Source of the DNA: Chitinophagales bacterium | Lineage (GTDB): Bacteria > Bacteroidota > Bacteroidia > Chitinophagales > Chitinophagaceae | NCBI GenBank assembly: GCA_038245585.1 | Contig: JBBRSI010000001.1 | Span: 766 to 64,765 of the forward strand | Direction: 5' to 3' | DNA length: 64,000 bases | In this document: piece by piece, positions 1 to 8,853 of the stretch | Layout of the letters: each line of letters opens with the position of its first letter | Position numbering within the stretch: the stretch's first letter is position 1 | Notes under the pieces: model-generated | The model's input: only the letters and a program-made list of their open reading frames with translations | The model's database searches: none | Told to the model about the DNA's origin: nothing | Program-made: the position numbers and the translations under genes

Positions 1-178
1 ATTCGAAATGAGCCGAAATGAGCCGAAGCCTGTGTTCGCTTGATGATTCTGATTTCTTAGAAGGAATTATTTCTTTTTTTTGATTGGACGTTTAAAAATA
101 TAAAGAGTTTCTATTTTTAGAAAGTCAATCGTTTTGTTGTTAGTGGTTTTTATTAAAGTTGAAAACTAAAAGTAGAAT

Positions 179-607
179 ATGAAAAATGAAAAACAAGAAA
201 CGATTTTTACATCCTCCGCCGCATCACCCCTCGGTTCCTATCCCCATGCGCGTCGCGTTGGAAATTTATTATTCCTTTCCGGTATTGGTCCACGTAGTGC
301 GAAAGATAATTCTGTGCCGGGATTGAAACAGGATAAGTCGGGGAAAATATTAAAGCATGATATTAAAGCAGAATGTCATGCTGTTTTTGCAAATGTAAAA
401 GCAGTGCTGGAAGCGAGTGGCAGCGCGTGGGAAAAAATAATTGATGTAACGGTTTTCCTGACACATATGAAAAAAGATTTTCCTGTTTATAATAAAATTT
501 ACAATAGTTATTTTGCAGGTGTGCAGGCATGCCGGACAACTGTGGAAGTGAAAAGCCTGCCAACACCAATTGCAATTGAATTAAAAGTGATCGCAATGGT
601 TGATTAA
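179..607 (+). CDS. RidA/YjgF-family (endoribonuclease L-PSP-like) protein
   Basis: 142-aa ORF. N-terminal PLGSYPHARRVGNLLFLSGIGP and C-terminal CRTTVEVKSLPTPIAIELKVIA resemble the conserved YjgF/RidA blocks. Confidence 0.8.
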   Translation: MKNEKQETIFTSSAASPLGSYPHARRVGNLLFLSGIGPRSAKDNSVPGLKQDKSGKILKHDIKAECHAVFANVKAVLEASGSAWEKIIDVTVFLTHMKKDFPVYNKIYNSYFAGVQACRTTVEVKSLPTPIAIELKVIAMVD

Positions 608-610
608 TTA

Positions 611-1146
611 TTTTGAAATTTTTGGTCAGGCGACCAAAAATGGCCTTACGTCTGTCGAACAAAAATAACTATGCGTTAGTCAAACAAAATAGTTTTGTGG
701 TAGAAATAAATATGATTGAAGTGGTTAAATTGTTTTGAAAAAAATATTTATCTGAGTTTACCGCCTTTGCCGGTCGCCTGACCGGCAATATCGGAGACGA
801 GTCAGTAGGATGGATGAGTAGTTGAGTGATTTAAAATTTTTGGTCAGGCGACCAAAAATGGCCTTACATCAGGTGAACAAAATAGTTGTGCAGTAGAATT
901 AAATAAGATTGAATTGGTTGTTTAAATTTTGAAAAAAAAATTTATCTGAGTTTACGGCCATTGCCGGTCGCCTGACCGGCAATATCGGAGACGGGTCAGG
1001 ATAGGATAATTGGTTTGGTGATTTTAAATTTTTGGTCAGGCGATCAAAAATGGCTTTACGAAAGGCGGACAAAATAATTGTCCAATAGAAATAAATATAA
1101 TTGAAGTAGTTGATTAAATTTTGAAAAAAATATTTACATGAGTTTA
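611..1146. repeat. Tandem array (about 2.5 units of roughly 190-220 bp) of the ridA-to-regulator intergenic region, carrying paired GGTCAGGCGACC hairpins
   Basis: Units lie at about 611-830, 831-1020 and 1021-1146. The hairpin TTTTTGGTC-AGGC-GACCAAAAA occurs at 619-640 and 837-858, and at 1029-1050 with one mismatch. The hairpin GCCGGTC-GCCT-GACCGGC occurs at 769-786 and 963-980, and its 12-nt core is the exact reverse complement of the first. The sequence tatttatcTGagtttac at 745-761 and 941-955 copies the real start context tatttacATGagttta at 1131-1146. Confidence 0.85.
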
Positions 1147-2499
1147 AAAAATTGTTCCATATTGGCTGTTGATGATGATCCCGACGTGCTTACTGCCGTG
1201 CGGCTTTTGCTGAAACCGGAAGTAAAAGAAATTGTTATGGAAAAAAATCCCGAAAACCTTACTGCACAATTCGCGGCAAAAAATTTCGACCTCGTTTTAC
1301 TGGATATGAATTTTAAATCTTCCATCAACACGGGTAATGAAGGGCTTTACTGGCTGAAACGTATTAAGGAAATGAAACCTAATACACAAGTGATCATGAT
1401 TACGGCATATGGCCATATTGATTTAGCGGTGCGTTCATTAAAAGAAGGCGCTGCTGATTTTATAGTAAAACCCTGGCACAATGAAAATATGCTGAATGCC
1501 ATCCGCGACGCATTGAAATCAAAAAAATCATCGCCTGATACAACGAATATTAGCAATTCATATAATGCTTCTTCAGAGAGCGGCCTCATCGGTGAAAGTG
1601 AAGTAATGAAAGATGTGTTTTTGAAAATAGAAAAAGTTGCGCCAACAGATGCGAATGTTTTATTGCTCGGTGAAAACGGTACGGGTAAAGATTTAGTAGC
1701 ACAAGCATTGCACATGCGTTCATTGCGCGCAAAGAAACCATTCATCAAAATAGATGTTGGCGCCATCACGGATACATTATTTGAAAGTGAATTATTCGGT
1801 CATAAAAAAGGCGCATTCACAGATGCACGGGAAGATAGGATCGGGCAAATTGAATCAGCGGATACTGGTACGTTATTTTTAGATGAAATAGGAAATATTC
1901 ATTTACCTCAACAGGCGAAGCTGCTTACTGTTTTACAAAACAGGCAGGTTACCCGGCTGGGAACGAATACCCCAATTCCTGTTGACATTCGCCTGATAAG
2001 TGCTACCAACCTGGACTTCACGGAACTGGCCGATGAAAAACGTTTTCGCAAAGACCTCGTTTATCGTATTAATACCGTGGAGATAAATATTCCACCATTA
2101 CGAAAAAGAGGGAATGATATTATTTTATTGGCCAAACATTTTGCAAAAATATATGCGCAAAAATATATGAAGCCACCATTGATTTTAGAAGATAGCGCTA
2201 TTGAAAAATTATTGGCGTATCATTTCCCCGGCAACGTGCGTGAATTGCAATATACCATTGAACGCGCTATCATCATGAAAGAAAATAACAGGCTGACTGC
2301 AGAAGACCTTATTTTTTCACTCATTGAAAAAGGACAGCAACAAAAAGAAACGGATAATGAAACAGAACTCAGCACGATAGAAAAGCTAACCATCCTGCGC
2401 GTGATTGAAAAGAATAAAGGAAATATTACCAAAGCCGCAAAGGAATTGGGCATCACAAGAACTGCCTTATACAGGCGATTGAATAAATATGATATTTAA
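1138..2499 (+). CDS. Sigma-54-dependent response regulator (NtrC family: REC + AAA+ + Fis-type HTH)
   Basis: N-terminal receiver domain (ILAVDDDPDV, LVLLDMNF). Walker A GENGTGKD. The sigma-54 contact loop is present as GAFTDA, a variant of GAFTGA. C-terminal HTH is GNITKAAKELGITRTALYRRL. Confidence 0.92.
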   Translation: MSLKNCSILAVDDDPDVLTAVRLLLKPEVKEIVMEKNPENLTAQFAAKNFDLVLLDMNFKSSINTGNEGLYWLKRIKEMKPNTQVIMITAYGHIDLAVRSLKEGAADFIVKPWHNENMLNAIRDALKSKKSSPDTTNISNSYNASSESGLIGESEVMKDVFLKIEKVAPTDANVLLLGENGTGKDLVAQALHMRSLRAKKPFIKIDVGAITDTLFESELFGHKKGAFTDAREDRIGQIESADTGTLFLDEIGNIHLPQQAKLLTVLQNRQVTRLGTNTPIPVDIRLISATNLDFTELADEKRFRKDLVYRINTVEINIPPLRKRGNDIILLAKHFAKIYAQKYMKPPLILEDSAIEKLLAYHFPGNVRELQYTIERAIIMKENNRLTAEDLIFSLIEKGQQQKETDNETELSTIEKLTILRVIEKNKGNITKAAKELGITRTALYRRLNKYDI

Positions 2500-2520
2500 A
2501 AATTTTTAAAGAACATTTTT

Positions 2521-3861
2521 ATGATACGGCTGAACCAATGGCGCCTTCTTCTACGCATCGCTATTCTTTTAATTGCATTGACGATTGCAGCTTACCTGGC
2601 AGTGTCCGCTTTATGGATCTATGAACTAATTGTTATTCCATTTATTATTTACCTGGTCATTGACTTTTGGAAATTTAATAAAAAAATCCAGGAAGAAGTC
2701 AAACAATTTGTGGAGAATATTCATTACCGGGATTTTACACGTTCCTTTAATGTAAAGCACAGCCCGCTTGAATTACAGCCATTAAGGAAAAGTTTTAACG
2801 AGATCAATGACGCTTTCAAAGTGATCAGTAATGAGAAGGAAACACAGTTTCAATATTTGCAAAAAATTTTAGAACTCGTTGATACCGGCATCATTTCCTA
2901 TGAAGAAGAATCAGGTGAAGTGATGTGGATGAATGAATCTTTGAAAAAATTATTACAGCTACCTTATTTAAAAACGATTCATTCATTATCCAAACGCGAC
3001 TGGAAATTATACCACGAAGTAATGTCGTTGCCATTGGGAAAAGTAACGATTGGAACTGCGCGTGTTGATTCAGATACATTTAAAGTTTTATTGTCTGCCA
3101 CAGCATTTCAAACTGGAGAAAAAAGATATAAGTTGATTGCTTTTCAAAATGTAAATGATGCATTGGATGAAACGGAAAATAAAGCCTGGCAAAAATTATT
3201 AAGTGTGATGACACACGAGATCATGAATTCTGTAGCACCTATCGTTTCGCTCGCGGAAACACTCGGCAACCAGGTACGGAATACGACGATCAAAACAGTA
3301 GAAGGCGAGAATGGAAGAGAAGACCTCGAGCTTGGTATTGAAACCATAAAACGCAGGAGTGAAGGGCTTTTACGCTTTGCAGAAACGTATCGTAACCTCA
3401 ACAAAATCACTACACTTACACTTACAAAAAAATATGCCGCGGATCTTTTTGAAAACTTATTACACCTTATGCAGCCCATGCTCAAACAAAAAAATATTGA
3501 GATGGAAATTATTTTGAAAGACACATCCGTCATGATTGAAGCTGATATTAATTTGCTGGAACAAGTGCTTATTAATTTAATTGTAAATGCAATGGAAGCG
3601 GTAAAAGATACGACCGCACCAAAAATTACTTTATCCGCTTTTATTAATCTGAATAACCGAACTATTATTAAAGTGTCTGACAATGGTGCTGGTATGCCGG
3701 AAGAATTAATGGACAAAATTTTTGTACCTTTTTTCAGTACGCGCAAAACCGGGAGTGGTATTGGTTTGAGCCTTTGTAAACAAATCATGTTGTTACATAA
3801 AGGAAGCATATCGGTGCATTCATTAGTTGGACAGGGCACATCATTTACTTTACAGTTTTGA
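2521..3861 (+). CDS. Sensor histidine kinase (two N-terminal TM helices, HisKA + HATPase_c), partner of the adjacent regulator
   Basis: H-box is MTHEIMNSVAPI, N-box is LINLIVNAMEA, and G-boxes are DNGAGMP and GSGIGLSLCKQI. It starts 21 nt downstream of the regulator gene on the same strand. Confidence 0.9.
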   Translation: MIRLNQWRLLLRIAILLIALTIAAYLAVSALWIYELIVIPFIIYLVIDFWKFNKKIQEEVKQFVENIHYRDFTRSFNVKHSPLELQPLRKSFNEINDAFKVISNEKETQFQYLQKILELVDTGIISYEEESGEVMWMNESLKKLLQLPYLKTIHSLSKRDWKLYHEVMSLPLGKVTIGTARVDSDTFKVLLSATAFQTGEKRYKLIAFQNVNDALDETENKAWQKLLSVMTHEIMNSVAPIVSLAETLGNQVRNTTIKTVEGENGREDLELGIETIKRRSEGLLRFAETYRNLNKITTLTLTKKYAADLFENLLHLMQPMLKQKNIEMEIILKDTSVMIEADINLLEQVLINLIVNAMEAVKDTTAPKITLSAFINLNNRTIIKVSDNGAGMPEELMDKIFVPFFSTRKTGSGIGLSLCKQIMLLHKGSISVHSLVGQGTSFTLQF

Positions 3862-3937
3862 TTAAAATCATTTAGTTTTGAAAATCACATTTTGAAGAAA
3901 AGAAAAAATTTCAACAAACCCAAAACCACTCAATGAT

Positions 3938-5167
3938 ATGAAACCAGCAATCCGCTTTCAACTCTCATTTATGATGTTCCTGGAATTTTTTATATGGGGC
4001 GCCTGGTTCGTAACTATGGGCACTTACCTGGGGAAAACCTTGCAGGCTACCGATCAGCAAAATGGTCTGGCTTATGGCACACAGTCACTCGGCGCCATCA
4101 TCGCGCCATTTATTATTGGGCTTATTGCCGACCGCTTTTTTGATGCACAAAAGATTTTGGGTTTCCTGCATATTGTTGGTGCTGTTCTTTTATATACGCT
4201 TTCCATGCAACAAAATTTTGAATCATTCTATCCGTATGTCTTAATTTATATGATTATGTATATGCCCACACTGGCATTGGTCAATTCTGTTTCTTTCCGT
4301 CAATTATCCAATCCGGAAAAAGAATTTGCCACGCTGCGTGTTTGGGGTACTATCGGCTGGATCGTTGCAGGGCTTACGATTGGCTGGTTTGCCTGGGAAC
4401 AAACAAATTCACTGGCCAACACTTTTAAAATGGCTGCTTATGCTTCTGCATTATTAGGAATTTTTAGTTTTATGCTTCCTAAAACGCCGCCTGCATCTGC
4501 CGGTAAAAAAGTTTCGCTGAGTGATATTCTGGGCCTGGAAGCATTGCGCTTATTGAAAAATAAAAACTTCCTGGTATTTTTTATTTCATCCTTACTGATC
4601 TGTATTCCACTTGCATTTTATTACCAGGAAGCGAATTTATTTTTAAATGAAATAAACCTTGCGAACGCAGCCAGCAAGATGACCCTTGGACAAGCTTCCG
4701 AATTCTTTTTCATGATCGTGATGCCATTCTTTTTTAGAAAACTCGGCGTGAAAAAAATGCTGCTCATAGGTATGCTCGCCTGGGTATTACGCTATGCTTT
4801 ATTTGCTTATGGTGATGCACAGACATCATTCGTTTCATTCTTATACCTCGGTATTTTATTGCATGGCGTTTGTTATGATTTCTTTTTTGTTACAGGGCAA
4901 ATTTATACAGATAAATTAGCCGGTCCGGCAATTAAATCTTCTGCACAAGGACTGATCACGCTGGCAACGTATGGTGTTGGTATGTTGATTGGTTTCTGGA
5001 TTGCTGGGCAGGTAACTGCCCATTACAATATTGGTGAAACCCACGACTGGCGGACGATATGGCTCATTCCTGCGGGTATTGCAGGATTTGTATTAATTAT
5101 TTTCCTGCTATTTTTTAAAGATGAAAAAAGAATTTCAGAAACAGCAGAGCCTGTTCAATTGGTTTAA
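3938..5167 (+). CDS. MFS nucleoside:H+ symporter family permease (NupG/XapB-like)
   Basis: 409-aa polytopic protein. The N-terminus MKPAIRFQLSFMMFLEFFIWGAWFVTMGTYL is typical of the Nuc_H_symport family. It lies next to adenine deaminase. Confidence 0.8.
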   Translation: MKPAIRFQLSFMMFLEFFIWGAWFVTMGTYLGKTLQATDQQNGLAYGTQSLGAIIAPFIIGLIADRFFDAQKILGFLHIVGAVLLYTLSMQQNFESFYPYVLIYMIMYMPTLALVNSVSFRQLSNPEKEFATLRVWGTIGWIVAGLTIGWFAWEQTNSLANTFKMAAYASALLGIFSFMLPKTPPASAGKKVSLSDILGLEALRLLKNKNFLVFFISSLLICIPLAFYYQEANLFLNEINLANAASKMTLGQASEFFFMIVMPFFFRKLGVKKMLLIGMLAWVLRYALFAYGDAQTSFVSFLYLGILLHGVCYDFFFVTGQIYTDKLAGPAIKSSAQGLITLATYGVGMLIGFWIAGQVTAHYNIGETHDWRTIWLIPAGIAGFVLIIFLLFFKDEKRISETAEPVQLV

Positions 5168-5234
5168 TGAACTTCATTTTTTATAAAAATTTAAATTTCA
5201 AAAACTGGATACTTCTTTCTCATTATATGGAAAT

Positions 5235-6842
5235 TTGGTAGATGCATTTGCACAAAGTATTTTTCCCGCAACAATTTTTGTGAAAGATGGATCGATCACT
5301 AAAATTGAAAAAACGAATTTTCCGGTAGATGAAAAACTTCCTTTCATTATGCCGGGCTTCATAGATAGTCATGTACATATTGAGAGCAGTATGCTGGTGC
5401 CGACAGAATTTGCGCGGCTCGCAGTTGTGCATGGAACAATTGCTACGGTAAGTGACCCGCATGAAATTGCGAATGTGTGCGGCATGGATGGTGTGCAGTT
5501 TATGCTGGATAATGCAAAGCAATCGCCATTTCATTTTTATTTCGGAGCACCTTCCTGTGTGCCTGCAACCATTTTCGAAACTTCAGGTGCAACACTTGAT
5601 AGTCATGACATTGAAAAATTATTGGCTAAGCCGGAAATATTTTACTTAAGCGAAATGATGAATTTCCCAGGCGTATTGCATGGTGATGATAAAGTGTTGA
5701 AAAAAATTGCAGCAGCCAAATTAGCCGGTAAACCTGTAGATGGCCATGCTCCGGGACTTTCAGGCGATGATGCCAAAAAATATATTGAAGCGGGTATCAG
5801 TACGGATCATGAATGTTTTACTTTGGAAGAAGCTGCATGGAAATTAAAATGCGGTATGAAAATTATTATCCGCGAAGGAAGCGCGGCGAAAAATTTTGAA
5901 GCATTGATTCCATTACTCAAAGATCATCCGCAGCAAATGATGTTTTGCAGTGATGATAAACATCCGGACAGCCTGGTGGAAGGTCATATCAATCGTCTTT
6001 GTAAACGCGCTGTGGCAGCGGGTATTCCTTTATTTAATGTGATTGCTGCTGCATGTATAAATCCGGTGTCGCATTATCAATTAAATATTGGTTTATTGCG
6101 TGCTAGTGATGCAGCAGATTTTATCCTGGTAAATGATTTGATTGAATTTGATGTACTGAAAACTTTTATCGGCGGACAATTAGTTGCAAAAAATAAACAA
6201 ACATTATTACCATCTGTGCATGTAGAATCTATCAATCATTTTAATTGTGAACCACTTTCAGAGAATGACATTATTTTTCCTTATTCCGGGCAGGAAATAA
6301 TTCCGGTGATTGAAGCGCTCGATGGTCAATTAGTAACGAATAAAATATTTGTAAAGCCTGCGATTAAAAATGGACATATTATTAGTGATATAGAAAATGA
6401 TATTTTGAAACTTGTTGTTGTAAACCGTTATACAAAAGCACCTCCGGCAATTGCTTTTATAAAAAACTTCGGCTTTAATGCGGGCGCTATTGCAAGTTCA
6501 GTGGCACATGATTCACATAATATCATTGCTGTTGGTGCAAACGATGAAGACATCATCCGTGCGATCAATTTGATCATCAAACATCGCGGCGGTATTTGTT
6601 GCGTGGATAAAAATGAAGAACAAATTTTACCCTTGCCTGTAGCAGGCTTGATGAACAAAGATGATGGTTATGAAGTAGCTGCGCAATATGCAAAACTGGA
6701 TAAAAAGGCTAAAGCCATGGGTTCAAATTTATCCGCACCTTTCATGACTTTAAGTTTCATGGCCTTGCTGGTAATTCCCGAATTAAAACTCAGTGATAAA
6801 GGCTTGTTTGATGGAAAAGCATTTGCTTTTATGCCGCTCTAA
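5235..6842 (+). CDS. ade: Adenine deaminase
   Basis: Amidohydrolase metal motif [17 protein letters not shown], and a length (535 aa) and layout typical of Ade. The tracked start at 5235 is a TTG, so the exact start is uncertain. Confidence 0.85.
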   Translation: MVDAFAQSIFPATIFVKDGSITKIEKTNFPVDEKLPFIMPGFIDSHVHIESSMLVPTEFARLAVVHGTIATVSDPHEIANVCGMDGVQFMLDNAKQSPFHFYFGAPSCVPATIFETSGATLDSHDIEKLLAKPEIFYLSEMMNFPGVLHGDDKVLKKIAAAKLAGKPVDGHAPGLSGDDAKKYIEAGISTDHECFTLEEAAWKLKCGMKIIIREGSAAKNFEALIPLLKDHPQQMMFCSDDKHPDSLVEGHINRLCKRAVAAGIPLFNVIAAACINPVSHYQLNIGLLRASDAADFILVNDLIEFDVLKTFIGGQLVAKNKQTLLPSVHVESINHFNCEPLSENDIIFPYSGQEIIPVIEALDGQLVTNKIFVKPAIKNGHIISDIENDILKLVVVNRYTKAPPAIAFIKNFGFNAGAIASSVAHDSHNIIAVGANDEDIIRAINLIIKHRGGICCVDKNEEQILPLPVAGLMNKDDGYEVAAQYAKLDKKAKAMGSNLSAPFMTLSFMALLVIPELKLSDKGLFDGKAFAFMPL

Positions 6843-6843
6843 T

Positions 6844-7263
6844 TTATTTTTTATTTTTTGCAACAACCGCACTCATTACATTCAAATGCAGGCTGTCCGT
6901 GCCTTTTGGAAGCCGGTAGCGGATCGTGAAATTATTTTTTCCGCCTGGAAGGATGACACCTGTAATTACATCTTCATGCTCTTCCACCATTTTATTATTT
7001 TGAAATGATAATAACTGGATGCGCACATTTTCATACGAAACAATGGATGCGCTATTATAGATCACACCTTTAACAACTGTTTTGCCAAGCAGGTTTTTTT
7101 TGTCATCACTGGAGATGGATAGAAAATCTTTTGGGTTATTTTGTTCTTTGGTTAAAATGGTTTCCTTGCTTTGGATATATACATCATCCTGTTTTGCATC
7201 TTCCTTGCTTGTGCAGGAAAATAAAAAAGACGCTATAAGAAAAGTCAATATGAGTTTACGCAT
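6844..7263 (-). CDS. Hypothetical lipoprotein
   Basis: 139 aa. Signal peptide plus lipobox (LIASFLFSC). No family recognised. Convergent with ade. Confidence 0.6.
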   Translation of the reverse strand: MRKLILTFLIASFLFSCTSKEDAKQDDVYIQSKETILTKEQNNPKDFLSISSDDKKNLLGKTVVKGVIYNSASIVSYENVRIQLLSFQNNKMVEEHEDVITGVILPGGKNNFTIRYRLPKGTDSLHLNVMSAVVAKNKK

Positions 7264-7623
7264 AATTAATTTTTATAGACAGGAATTAATTTATCCAAAT
7301 TAAACGTTTTTCTTTTAATAAAATTATAGATTTCGATAGCTAATTTCGGTCGGTGACGACACCGACCGATAGTTGAATTTACGCATAATCAATTTTTAGT
7401 GACTGGAATTAATTTATTAAATTAAAATGTTTTTCTTTTAATAAAATTATAGATTACCGATTGTAATTTCGGTCGGTGAAGACACCGACCGATAGTTGAA
7501 TTTACGTATAATCAATTTTTAATGATTGGAATTAATTTATTCAAATAAAAAGTTTTTCTTTTAATAAAATTTATAGATTACCGATTGTAATTTCGGTAGG
7601 TGAAGACACCGACCGATAGACCT
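7255..7623. repeat. Three tandem 123-bp copies of the anmK-to-lipoprotein intergenic spacer
   Basis: TTTACG(C/T)ATAAT recurs at 7255, 7378 and 7501, an exact 123-nt period. Each unit carries a 10-bp-stem hairpin TCGGTCGGTG-N4-CACCGACCGA at 7346-7369 and 7469-7492, with a variant at 7593-7616. A degenerate partial fourth copy lies at about 7665-7710. Confidence 0.9.
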
Positions 7624-7651
7624 ATCCTATTGGTTGGTGTCTTCACCTACC
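7595..7651. repeat. Perfect 16-bp inverted repeat GGTAGGTGAAGACACC / GGTGTCTTCACCTACC separated by 25 nt
   Basis: Read directly. The left arm (7595-7610) lies inside repeat unit 3, and the right arm is at 7636-7651. Neither side has a flanking T-tract. Confidence 0.85.
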
Positions 7652-7702
7652 AAAACATATGATTTCATTCGGCGAAGATACAGACCGATAATTGTAAATA
7701 TT

Positions 7703-8800
7703 TCACGCATCCTGTCCCATCCAGCATGCACCACCAATCCCGGCCCTGGATGCGCCAGTAACAGATGGAAGTGTGGTGCTTTCTTCGCGCCAGCGCAATA
7801 CCGCCAGGAATGCCATGATCAATGCTTCTTTATATTCAATGATCGTGGTTTGGGGTACAACAATTTCCATAGTTAATTGCCCGAGTTTTAATTTTAAATT
7901 TTCTATTAAAAAAATATTATAAGCTCCACCTCCTGTTACCAAAACCTTTTTATTGGCCGTATCTGAAGTACATGATTTGACAGATAATAAAATTTGTTCG
8001 CATACATGTTCTGTATAAGTTCTGAGTTTATCCGCATTGGAAATATTAAAACCATTGATCAATGGTAAAACTGTTTCAGTACCAAACTGATTGGATAATG
8101 ACTTTGGAAATTTCTTTGCATAATAATCCAATGCATTTAATTTTGACAGCAATGCTTCATTTACTTTTCCTGCACTCGCTGTCTTCCCTTTTTCATCATA
8201 TAATTTTCCTGTTTCTGCAGCGAGCAAATCAATGATCCTGTTTGCCGGGCAAACATCAAATGCAATTACTATTTTATTTTCATCATCATGGAAACTAATA
8301 TTTGCTATTCCGCCTATATTCAGGAAAAATGGGTAGCCGGGAAATAACAATTTTTCTCCCAAAGGCACGATAGGTGCGCCCTGGCCGCCTAATGCTACAT
8401 CTAAATTGCGCAAATCCGTGATCGTATTTATTCCTGTAATTGCAGCTATAACCGCCGCATCACCGAGCTGAACAGAAATTCCATTTGAAGGTTCATGAAA
8501 AACAGTGTGCCCATGAAATCCTATGAATTGTGCCTTATAATGCAATTCATTTTTTTCAATAAATTCATTGACTACTTCTGCAATATATTTTCCATACAGA
8601 TTATTTAAAAAAAAATATTCTTTCGCAGAAAGTGATTGCGCGTTTCGCAATTTTTCTTTCCATGAATCATTATATGGAATGCATTCGGCATGCTGAATTT
8701 CGAAATTCCATTTGCCCTGGTTTTCTTCAAAATTTACCAACACAATATCCAATCCATCTGTGGAAGATCCGCTCATAATACCAATTGCCCTGTATGTCAT
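7703..8800 (-). CDS. anmK: Anhydro-N-acetylmuramic acid kinase
   Basis: The N-terminus GIMSGSSTDGLDIVLV matches the AnmK signature (GxMSGTSxDGxD). 365 aa. Confidence 0.88.
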   Translation of the reverse strand: MTYRAIGIMSGSSTDGLDIVLVNFEENQGKWNFEIQHAECIPYNDSWKEKLRNAQSLSAKEYFFLNNLYGKYIAEVVNEFIEKNELHYKAQFIGFHGHTVFHEPSNGISVQLGDAAVIAAITGINTITDLRNLDVALGGQGAPIVPLGEKLLFPGYPFFLNIGGIANISFHDDENKIVIAFDVCPANRIIDLLAAETGKLYDEKGKTASAGKVNEALLSKLNALDYYAKKFPKSLSNQFGTETVLPLINGFNISNADKLRTYTEHVCEQILLSVKSCTSDTANKKVLVTGGGAYNIFLIENLKLKLGQLTMEIVVPQTTIIEYKEALIMAFLAVLRWREESTTLPSVTGASRAGIGGACWMGQDA

Positions 8801-8853
8801 AAAATGAATAACATTATTTTATGCAGTAATTTTTCTGCAAAATTTTATAAAAA

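Noticed and set aside
1-40. The motif AGCCGAAGCC, with short tandem GAGCCGAAAT/GAAGCC repeats, appears at the window start and again at about 12305-12325. This could be another dispersed repeat.
   Set aside because: Only a 10-nt exact match supports it, the flanks differ, and the first copy is cut by the window edge. That is not enough evidence for a repeat family.
641-1060. Sigma-54 (-24/-12) promoter inside the repeat units, because each unit has TGGCC/TGGCT right after the first hairpin and the downstream gene encodes a sigma-54 activator.
   Set aside because: With GG fixed at -24, the -12 position reads CTGTC, CAGGT or AAGGC instead of TTGC(A/T). The required GC dinucleotide at the correct spacing is absent in all three copies.
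3144-3839. Long antisense ORFs inside real genes. Examples are 231 aa at 3144-3839 (-), 195 aa at 9638-10225 (+), 160 aa at 38035-38517 (+), 140 aa at 1347-1769 (-), 123 aa at 44896-45267 (-) and 121 aa at 37219-37584 (+).
   Set aside because: Each lies entirely within a confidently identified gene on the other strand. Their translations are low-complexity (rich in S, F, I, L, C), with no recognisable motifs or signal features. They look like shadow ORFs.
752-7262. A shared word, TGAGTTTAC, lies at the homology breakpoints of both tandem arrays (752-760, 944-952, 1139-1146 as TGAGTTTA, and 7251-7259), hinting at a common site-specific recombination core.
   Set aside because: In the 7.3-kb array the internal junctions read TTGAATTTACG rather than TGAGTTTAC, and the homology border there is fuzzy. 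A 9-mer of this AT-rich composition is expected by chance at roughly this frequency in 128 kb of two-strand sequence. The ATGCGT microhomology explains the second array better.
7255-7623. Possible CRISPR-like array (regular 123-bp period with a hairpin in every unit). The same idea applies to the periodic hairpins at 19170-19430.
   Set aside because: In the 7.3-kb array the entire unit is conserved between copies, so there are no unique spacers. In the 19-kb region the repeats are short, divergent, and separated by related AT-rich sequence. No cas genes or leader-like region are present in the window.
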